Source of the DNA: Antedon mediterranea
Lineage: Eukaryota > Animalia > Echinodermata
Direction: 5' to 3'
DNA: 64,000 bases
Assembly (NCBI RefSeq): GCF_964355755.1
Contig: NC_092674.1
Location: forward strand, 7,378,001 to 7,442,000
The first letter of the stretch is position 1. Each line of letters opens with the position of its first letter. Below, piece after piece: positions 54,258 through 64,000 of this stretch. Below the pieces are notes generated by a model. That model did not search any database. It saw only the letters and a program-made list of their open reading frames with translations, and was not told the DNA's origin. The position numbers and the translations under genes were made by a program.

Positions 54258-56243
54258 TTAAAGTTCAAGTAAAACGTCTTAGTTTGATTGCAAGCAAAAT
54301 AACATATATACCATAGTCACTATTTTACCTTCCATTATAAAATCATAGTCAATTTTACATTTTTTTCAACAATTACTTTTAATATTAGAATAGTATAGTG
54401 ATTAACTGTGAGATATAGAATACATTAATTGTACAATATTATTGTTGTAAAATGTGAACCACATTGTAATGTTTTTGTATGAATTTAGAGCCGATTTCAT
54501 AAGGATAGGCCTGCCTTTATTAATACAGTAGATCATCTGAGTGATTTCATAGGTCTGTGAACAGATCGGTGTTCAAATGATTACTTTTTAGGTACATAAT
54601 TCCGGCATTTTATTTTATATTTTACGTACTGTTATTAGTACAACATGTTCTTAATTATGTTTTAACATGGCTATTCTAAAATGACTGTCAGCTAAATAAA
54701 CATTTTTACCTAAATCGTTTGTTTATCTTTTGTTAATTTTTTGGTAAATAGTTTCGAGGAATTATAATCAGTATTTTTTAGTTGGTGGCACTATTTATGT
54801 TACAAACATTTTAATTTAGGCCTATTGTTGCCTTGGTCTGTGTGACACACAATCGAGACGCACAAAGAATAAGGCGTTATCACTATGATAGAAACTGCTA
54901 TGTAGGCAAAAAGCAACAGTTTTATTTTCACATTAAACTAAAATCTTACATTGTATTTCTTTTTGTATGAACTTAGAGCATTATAAATATTTCTTTTAAT
55001 AGCAAGTGTGTAATATGTGAGTGCATTTCATATGGTCCACCAACAGATCCGTGTTAAAATAAATATGAAATTTAAGCGCAAAAATGAATCATTATAATAT
55101 TATATGTACGGTTATTAGTTTACAACAAAGTTCAAGCTTATTACTTGGATTAATTATTATGACTTGTTCTAAAATATCTGCAACGATCATTTTAGCCTAG
55201 ATTCACAGGTTTTAATTTCTCTTTTTTTGTGCCAAGCAAACGATGAGATTCCTTCCTTCCTCTATCGATCCTGTCCTATAACTGATTCCAGTACAGCTGT
55301 ACAACAGTCACTCCTTGCTGTTACACTCCGTCCATCCATCTTGTCTTTTGCCTAATTCCTCGTGATCTTTTACACAGTTTCTATTAAAATCTCTTGTTCT
55401 AGTCCTCGATGTCGATATGTCCAAAATATTGTAATTTTTGTTTTTTAACGAATTTAAAAAAGCCCAGCTTCCGATCTTAAACAGCACGTACTTTGTTCTC
55501 CTCTCTCCATCCATGAAATTCGCAATATTCGGCAACATCATAACTCAAAACTCTGTACTTTTTCTGATTCACTTGTTTCATGATGCTCCAATAATTCTTC
55601 TCCAATATTATGGCTCAAGCTAAAATGACTATCAGAGAATTAAACAATTTAGCTGGATTCATAGTTTTAAATTTCTCCTGTTTTTTGGTGGTAAAAGTAG
55701 TTTTGAAGTATGATATCAGTAATTTTCAGACATTAGAACAATATGCAGTAATATAATATTAATATTATTTTGTTTATATTGAAACAGGAAAGTGGCTTGA
55801 TGCAGGAAAATAAATTAGAGCACTGAATGTGAGAGAATGATGTGTCATGTTTTTGTACTTGTTTGTATTGTATTGTGCTGCCAGTTTCACAATTTTCTGT
55901 GTATTTTATGCAAATGATAATAATAAATGGAATTGAATTGAATTGCTTTTGTTCATCCAAATCATTTTTATTTGATGCAATAACTGGTGGCGCTATTTAT
56001 GTTTTATTTTTGGTGACATAGAATCGATGAGATAACCCACAAAGAGTGAGACGTAAACTGTGATAAATACAGGTAGGCCTATGTAGACTTAATATTTGCT
56101 ATTCACGGTTTTTGGCAAAGTAGTTACAATGTCAGTGTCGATATTATGTATAGGCAAAATGTCAATAATTATATTTACAGATCCATATATTTTTAAGGGC
56201 CATAGGCCTACTTATCCAGGCCGATATTGTGATCAGACAAGCC

Positions 56244-59200
56244 ATGAAATCGGTCGCGTCTGAAACCGGTCGCGTTTGAAATCGATGGCGATAAAATCAA
56301 TTTCCGGTATTTTGTATGGCGCGCCGCTATAGCTATACTTTTGATTATATCGGTCGCGTTTGAAATCGGTCGCGCTATTTTGTATGGAGCGGGATGCATG
56401 CTAGCGGGATATACATTTTCTTCATTTACATAGATTTAATTGGTATTTTTTAGGAACTAGATTATTTATGTTAATATTTTTTATTTGGTTAATAAATATT
56501 TATTATCAATCATTAAAATTAATTATATATATTTTTTTCAGAGCTCTCGGAGAAGGACTGTGTCTTTTCAAAATGGCCATTTCTAAACACGTTTAAAATA
56601 TTATATTAGGCATAATATTATATTAGGGATATAATAATTTACCTCTATTTATGTACTGTGGAGCTCCACCCAGAAAATTACTATTTTTCATACATTTCAA
56701 CTATTATTTAAAAATATCATCCCTTATACTTCATATTTTTTTGAATTTTTTTTCAATGAGTACGATTTTCTTGAAAATCACGCCTTTTTGCGTTTTGGGG
56801 GGATACCTTGTAATTTCCTATTCTTTTACATGCAAAAGGGGGGTATATTTGAATAATCCTAAAAAATTCATTTCTTCACCAAAAAAAAAATGTAAAATGT
56901 ATATTTATGTAATTTTTCCAGATCTTTCTATTTCTGGTATTTTTATCACGTATACATTGCGCAATTTTGCGTAAATAGACACTTTCCCCCGTTCGGGTCC
57001 AATTGGGTTTTTTATTTTGCTAGGGAGTCCGATCACGTGACATTTTTCACAATCACACTACTGCAGCTGGCGATCTGTTATTTTGTCGCGATGTTATTTT
57101 TGACCGGCGAAAAGTATATTAAAACATTCTGAATGTGACCCTATTATGTTTCACAGTGTAATAATGTGATTATGAGACTATTACTAAAATGTCAAATTTA
57201 ACGAGATTTGAGAAAGATGTGGCTATATATTCAATAAAGGTAGGCCTAGGCCTACTACTAGAGTGTAGGTATGTACCGATGCTGCTTAGTGGCTTGGCCT
57301 CTAGCTAGGCTAGGCTGACAGCAGTGAAGTTTGTTTTGCTGTCACCCGACCTTGGCCTACCCATGGGCCATGATAGGGTGCCTGGATAGTTGCTTTTCAG
57401 TCAGGTCTAAGCTTGCACATCGCTTTACTATTCTTTACTACTCTTGTTCTGTATAGGATTTTGTGTTTCACAATTCTTAATATGCGAGAAAACCCAGGAA
57501 CGATAAATGGGGCGAAACGACCATGCCTATGAATACATAGGCCTCTAGACAAAAATTCAAGGCTAGCTAGGCTGAGCAGACAGCTTAGCTAGGCCTAGCC
57601 CTAGCTTAAAGTTAAAAGCAATCTGATAAGATTATAATGGCTAATGCTGTTGTTGTACAGTGAAAATCATGAGGTTACATGTAAATTATACTGACATTCT
57701 TATCGGAAATATTACTTAGGCCTAAACAAATCGTATTAATTGTGTGTATAAAATTTATTCCCCATTTTTCGACACATAATTTACCAAAGGGAAGAAATTT
57801 CCACAATGCGTTGACCAGCGACTAAAACGCGTCAGTCGCTAAGTGTAACGCGTTTCGCGACGTATTGTAAACTAATAACCCCTAAGTTACTGAAAAACTG
57901 TTATTTGTTAAAAAACACTATTTTCTGACCGATTTTTTAGAAATGAGTTTTTGGAAAATATTTCCGTATTTTTCCTGGTTTTTTTTATGTAATCACTTTC
58001 AATTAAACATACTTAAACATAATATAAGCTGAGAAAGTCTGAGTGTAGCTCCACTTTAATATATTATAGGCCTATAGAGAATAAACGTCTGTGTCTTTTA
58101 TTATGCAAACAATAAAAAGAGAACAATTTATTTAAAATACTGTGGCAGATATATCATATCCATGTCGTTAACAACTATTCGATCACCTTATTTTTTATTT
58201 CTATTGTATTTATGTCCGTTATGTAGGATAATATTAAGTATATAATGATTATTGTTGAGGCAAATTACGTGTATATTTTTATTTCTAATGAATAAAATAT
58301 AGTTTTTAGTTAAATGATCATTCGGATGGTTAAAAGGTGAGTTACTGAAATAAACCCCCGAATAAGCCATATCGGAGATGTGCCTTCTGTGATCGTGCAG
58401 CTATTTCCTCTAACAGTACGTTATTTTGCTGACGGGGATTCCCGTTTTAAAAAAAACACGCACTTTTTAGTGTGTCAAATCATGGACAAAACACGTACGA
58501 TCGTTGTCCATGGCCAGGTAAAGATGACGTCTATTACTAATAACCATACGTTTGAAACGTCTATAGGCCTCCTGCACGTGTTTTTGTGAAAAGATGTATA
58601 TAATTTACGTATATACGTAGCCTATACTACAGTTTTTAATTTGAATATCTTTTATTTCTTTATTTATAATAATCATTTAATGTAAATAATTAAGTAAGTG
58701 TCTCACATCATCCACCCATTCTCACATCTATCATTGTACATCATAGTCCTACTGTAGGCCCGGTAGATTGATTTATAACGGCATATTATCTACAGTACCG
58801 TATATATTTTAATATTATCCTAAAACCATTCTCACGTCAGAGTGGCAGATATCGAATGCAAAAATCATCATCCATCATCTTCCTTTATTGCATAAACCTC
58901 ATTGAGCTGGTATCCACTTGCAGGTATAGAACGAGTTTCGTAATTAACTGTGATTAAAAAATACGCATACTACTTGTTTAACTATTAAATTATTTTAACA
59001 TTTTCAAAACTTTAAACAGTGGCATGCCAATATTTTCAAAAACTTGCACAATATTCAATAAAACAAAAAAAAATCATTGAAAGATAAGTAAGTAAGATAA
59101 AATGAAAACACAAATTATTTATAAATAATGAGATAAATATTTATATTTACTGTACTTAAAAAATAATAACGATTGGGGTAAAAAAAAAAGTCAATAGTAT

Positions 59201-59399
59201 TATTAGAAATTCTATATTCAAAATTAACATAACGAGCGTTTTCATTAAAAATGTATCTAGTGCGCCCCATAAAAATCAGCGCGACCAAAATAAAACACTA
59301 ATGTGATAAAAAGCGTATCTAGTGGCGTTCCATACAAAATACCGGATGTTGATGTTATCGCGACCGATTTCAAGCGCGTCCGATTTCATCTGACACCGG
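56244..59399. mobile_element. Diverged long-TIR DNA element, unclassified; boundaries approximate
   Basis: The left end (ATGAAATCGGTCGCG...TCCGGTATTTTGTATGG) is the approximate reverse complement of 59320-59399 (CCATACAAAATACCGGA...CGCGTCCGATTTCAT). No TSD resolved. Confidence 0.6.
56658..58055. mobile_element. Probable Kolobok-like element nested in the long-TIR element
   Basis: GTGGAGCTCCACCCAGA at the left end versus TCTGAGTGTAGCTCCACT followed by TTAA at the right end. The left TTAA is not preserved. Confidence 0.5.
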
Positions 59400-59837
59400 A
59401 AAGATTACACAGTACACAGAGTGGGAATTTCCAAACTGGGTGGGGTGCTATTATTAGAATTACCAGGCCTACAATTATTACAACAGATCACAACAAAATG
59501 TTTAAATCAACATTTCAAAAACCAGTACAGTATGCCTACCAGGTTACCATAGGCTACTCTCTAAAATATCTGGAGAGCCAATTTTTAGGAATTTGAATTC
59601 TTAAATTTTCTATAAAAAAAGGAAAAGAAGTTGTTGGTCCTACATAAAAATAATTTTAAGTACTATTAAATTTGTATGCCTAATGTATTAACATTGTACA
59701 GTAAAAGTATAATGATGCTAGGTCTCTATGTCCAGGAATCTATGATGATATTATTAGTATTATCATCTATGAGGATATTATTGCTACCAAACAAAAATAA
59801 TAATTGCACCCATTATTTCTTTTAGTGGTTATCCATC

Positions 59838-61747
59838 ATGGCATCTAAAGATGTAATTGATGGAATTGAAGCTGCAGCAGTTCTTTATGTATGAACCGCT
59901 TTAAAAGACCGAAAATTCTAGCATGTGTTCATTCATTCTGTCTTAAATGTCTTAAGAAATGGGTGAAGAAAAGTGGTGGTGTACTAAGCTGTCCAATATG
60001 TCGTGAAGTTTGCCAGATTCCAGTAGGAGGGCTTCAAAACCTGAAGAATAATATATTCATCAGTGGCTTGTTGGACTATGTTATGACATTGGAACAGAAG
60101 ACAGCTCCAACCTGTAGTCTTTGTAGTATAGTAGCACGTTTCGTCTGTCTAGACTGTGATGAGTTGTGTAAGTACACGTACTTAAGAATGAAACGCTACC
60201 GACGAATTTACTGGCTCATTTATGCTGTATTACAGCCTTTATTTCTTCATTTATCTCTAACCTCTAATCTCTAGCCTCCTAGCCTCTAGCCGTAAATTAC
60301 TGAAAACAAACAAGTAATAGCAATCAGCAAATACAACCTCAAACTGAGGTAAATACAACATTAAATCTTAGGAAGAGAACAATGACGTATCTCAACCATA
60401 CTGTATATGACGTAATCTATGTTTCGTCAAGCGGAACAACCGCACAGGTGTGCACAACACACACCATGTGACGTGCAGCTAACTGTATGATACATGATGC
60501 AAATCTGCATGTCTTAAATAGACTAAATAACTATAAAGTAATCTTAAAGTTCACGTCATAACTTCTACAATCATTCTGCTATCAGTAAACGTAATGATAA
60601 TAATCAGTAAATAACAATTTAAATAAACAATGTAAACAAACAACTGAGGGCATAAAAGTGGGCTCCACAGAACAGCGACACCCATGACAACCTGCTCCGG
60701 CCATGCCACTCCAACCCTCCATGCTCTAGGCGGCGAGTCTAAACGACCTTGCCATCTAAATAATGCCAATCTGCCTAAGCAAGAAGGAGTCACGAATATT
60801 AACTGTATCATAACTAAAGCTAAAAACATCTATAACAAAGCATTACCGGTTCCGGTATCGTAGCTCAAATTCAACATAACAACTTTGTTGATTATTATGT
60901 CCTCTAAACAAACAATTAATTATCACGTTCTCCTATCTGTCCAAAAGGACCCGCACGATGGCGCTATACAAATTAACCTACTGATTAGAAATCAGTACAA
61001 GTTGTATTGTACAAGTCACAGAAGTGACCACACAAAAATGAAGATCTCACAACATCATTGCATTGTTACGTTGGAAGAATATGCTACTCTTGATCCTTTG
61101 GAACGCTTGGCTTCTAAACCTGTGTTTTGCTCTGAACATAATATGCCATTTCTTTTCTACTGCGACTCGTGTAAGATTCCGGTATGCGTTGGATGTACAC
61201 AAATTAAACATTCTAAATCTGATGGTCATAACATAGTCGAAATAAAAACTGCGTTTGAATCATTCTCAACACGTTCACAAAGCTTAATTAAAACAGCAGA
61301 TGAACGATTAGGTAGCCTTCAATCAATTGTCAATGAACTGAAAAAGAAGGAGGCATTGGAAATGTCTACTTACAAGAAACGTCAAGTGACAATTACAGAA
61401 GAAGCAGATAAAGCACACCGATTGATTGATCAGTATAAAACGGAACAGTTACAAGATCTCGAATCAACTTACCAACGCAATCTGAAGTTACTTAACGTCC
61501 ATGTAAGTGATGTTGAATTAGCTATTGCTAAATTCTCCAGTATGCAGGGAATTGCGCGTACCTTGATACATAGCCCAAACCATGCTATGGCACTAAAGTC
61601 AAGTTCTGATGTTTCCAAACAAATGGATGAACATTTAAAGCAGAATATAATTACTGATGATATGAAGAAACCAATTATTTCAACATACAGTTACACCAGG
61701 ATAGAGGTAGTATTGAAAGCTGACATTTCACCTAATTAATCAACATT
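59838..61747 (+). pseudogene. TRIM-type E3 ligase gene copy 3; 7-nt deletion in RING, solo LTR in B-box 1, 3' truncated
   Basis: ATG at 59838. GCAGCA|GTTCTTTATGT lacks CTAGAGT relative to copy 2. The coding sequence is split by LTR 60167-60999 and resumes at LYCTSHRSDH. Stop at 61739; similarity to copies 1 and 2 ends at TCAACATT (about 61747). Confidence 0.88.
60167..60999 (-). mobile_element. Solo LTR of the same BEL/Pao family, inserted in TRIM copy 3
   Basis: Collinear with 34226-35043 apart from several substitutions and small indels. TG..CA ends; TSD AGTTG at 60162-60166 and 61000-61004. Copy 2 shows the empty site GATGAGTTGTATTGT. Confidence 0.96.
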
Positions 61748-62619
61748 GCGGATAATAATAGAGCCGAAGAATGGGAAGAGTGGAGTGTCTGGGATAATCT
61801 TCTTTAACATAGATTTGTATCACTCTATATCCTGACTTGATGTGCACAACTATATTTATTATATAAGAAGGTGTTTATTTAGGAGAATTGATTTTGTATA
61901 ATTTTTCTATTTTTTCTCTGTCTGCTTTTTTTTTTGTATTTCAATGTATTAAAAAAAAAAAAAAAAAAAAAAAAAATAATGCGCGTGTTTCGTTTACTAA
62001 TTAATTTTTTTATTTATTTTTTTTTTCGTTCAGAATTTGTTTCTGTGTAGGAAGGGAGATGCTTTTTTCAGAGTAGTAGCATTCTTAGTTACTAATATGG
62101 TGTTAACGCTTGCTTTTTGTTGAATGTCTTCAGATGTTTCTTCTAGTCATCATCAAAACAAATTAATATAATCACCATATTGTATTGATCTCTCTAATTA
62201 ATTTTAGATGTGTAATAATTTATCTAAAATGTATATTTCTCAATATTACCTTTACTTTATAAATTTTGTAAAATACATTTATAATATGCCTTCTTATTGA
62301 AAGCGTCGTTACATATCGTGCGTCTCAAATTTGTTCTCTTTTGTGTGCGTGTTTTTTTTTTTAGCAGTACGTATTGTGTCTTTCTTAAAAGATTTAAAAT
62401 TGAAAAACACGTAGAATATGAAATTCATTTTGAAATAAAAAATATTGTATTTAAATGTAATAAATCTATGCATTATACATTGTGTATGTTTATTTTTGTA
62501 ATATTACTTATTATATACAAAATATAACTTTACATTATAGACCTACTGTTTAAAATAAAAGAAGTAAACAGAATATTTTTAATCACAATCATTTATTATG
62601 CGTGTTTGCAATTACATTT

Positions 62620-63600
62620 AACAAATTCAAAAACTTGTTTTCTTTTTGTAGAAATAAATTAGAAAAACATCATACAGGAGTTAAATAACACGCAAAGATC
62701 AAATTTCTTTTTTATTGTTGCTGTTAAAAACAAAATTTATTTCAATACACATTCTATTGCACTACACTTTACAAAACATAATAATAATATTTCAACAGAA
62801 AAGAAAACTAATTAAATTAAGTCAAGAAATAAATTTACCATGAATTAAAATAGGAAAACTACTTTTACAAAATTTACACTGACATAAATTAAGTCAAAAC
62901 ATAATTAACTTATTTCATTAAACAAATCTATTGCAATACACTTCACAAACATAATACTAATAATAATAATTCAACAGAAAAGAAGAATTAAATTAAATTA
63001 ATTGTTGTTATTTTTTCCGTGTCGATTCCTTGTACCATGCTACTAACTAATTCAAAATTGACTTCCTTTGACTTTTTGAAATTTAAAGTCAATTTTTTTT
63101 TTGTATAAATAAATTAGAAAAACATCACACACGAATTAAACAACACGAAAAGAAAAAATTTCATTTTCGTTGTTGATGTTAAAAACAAAATTTATTGAAA
63201 TACACATTCTATTGTAATACACTTTACAAAACATAATAATAATAATAAAACTTTAACAGAAAAGAAATAAATTTATCATGAATTAAAATAGGAAAACTAC
63301 TTTTACAAATTTACGCTGACATAAATTAAGTCAAAACATAATTAATTTATTTCATTAAACAAATCTATTGCAATACACTTTACAAACATAATAATAATAA
63401 AAATTCAACAGAAAAGAAAACAAATTAAATTAATTCGAAAAATAAATTTACCATGAATTAAAATAGGGTAACTACTTTTACAAATTTATAATATAAAATA
63501 AATATTAGGCGAGATTTTGGTTTACGGGTTATTTTGTTAGGATTAGTACCCGTACCATGCTACCAACTATTTCAAAAATTGACTTCCTTTGATTTTGGAA
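62620..63600. repeat. Degenerate A-rich tandem duplications (nested units of about 180 and 460 bp)
   Basis: AAATAAATTAGAAAAACATCA recurs near 62652 and 63107. CTATTGCAATACACTTTACAAACATAATAAT-like and ATGAATTAAAATAGG blocks recur several times. Confidence 0.75.
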
Positions 63601-63658
63601 ATTTTAAGTCAAACCTTTGATTTTGCAAACAGTTTGTCTGAATCAAAATGTATACACG

Positions 63659-63901
63659 TTATTTTTCCAAATCCAGTTCCCATTGTTCATTAATAGCATT
63701 TACAAGTACCCAGTTTCATTTGAATTTACGTTGAATGGATTTGTTGTGTAATGTATATGTATCTTGCTTGCACAGTCAGTCTTGAACTTGTCTCTTGGTA
63801 ATATTTAAATCGTCTTTTACATTTTGATAAAGTCGGTCCACACCACCAAAACTATCAGGATGCTTAAGATCGTAATATACTTTTCTTATGTACTCATCCA
63901 T
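63659..63901 (-). pseudogene. Polinton/Maverick (adintovirus-type) integrase N-terminal remnant
   Basis: Hand translation MDEYIRKVYYDLKHPDSFGGVDRLYQNVKDDLNITKRQVQD*LCKQDTYTLHNKSIQRKFK*NWVLVNAINEQWELDL matches the YYD..HP.SFGGV..L / QDTYTLH / EQW..DL pattern of Polinton integrases. It has two internal stops. Confidence 0.8.
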
Positions 63902-64000
63902 ACTCATTACCCTCATTCAACCAAATTAAAATTAAAAAAATAAATCAAATACTTAAATAACACGCAAAGATCAAATTTATTTTCGTTGTTGCCTTAAAAA

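Noticed and set aside
55230-55620. Copy-specific insert with a 77-aa minus-strand ORF, possibly a LINE fragment
   Set aside because: No diagnostic motif, TSD or tail that I could confirm by eye.

Overview
AT-rich animal genomic DNA with GT-AG introns and many transposons; no prokaryotic features. The left half holds two multi-exon + strand genes whose exons I joined by hand into open frames. One is a 12-exon 4-coumarate-CoA-ligase/luciferase-like acyl-CoA synthetase (759-18531, 591 aa) with a probable mitochondrial presequence and no PTS1. The other is the 20-exon meiotic gene MCMDC2 (20391-29322, 680 aa). The right half is a tandem array of three single-coding-exon TRIM-type genes (RING-B-box-B-box-coiled coil-filamin-like), each damaged. 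It is interrupted by a young RT-deleted BEL/Pao retrotransposon, a solo LTR of that family, two other solo LTRs, an intact Gypsy element inside a four-level nest, several DNA transposons and a Polinton integrase remnant. The most unusual signal comes from aligning paralogous copies inside the window: plain TA dinucleotides are repeatedly converted to TAGGCCTA, TAGGCTA or TACTGTA, and these motifs pile up at promoter-like regions such as the MCMDC2 5' end. This suggests transposon excision footprints recording germline-open chromatin. All alignments were done by eye; no database searches were run.
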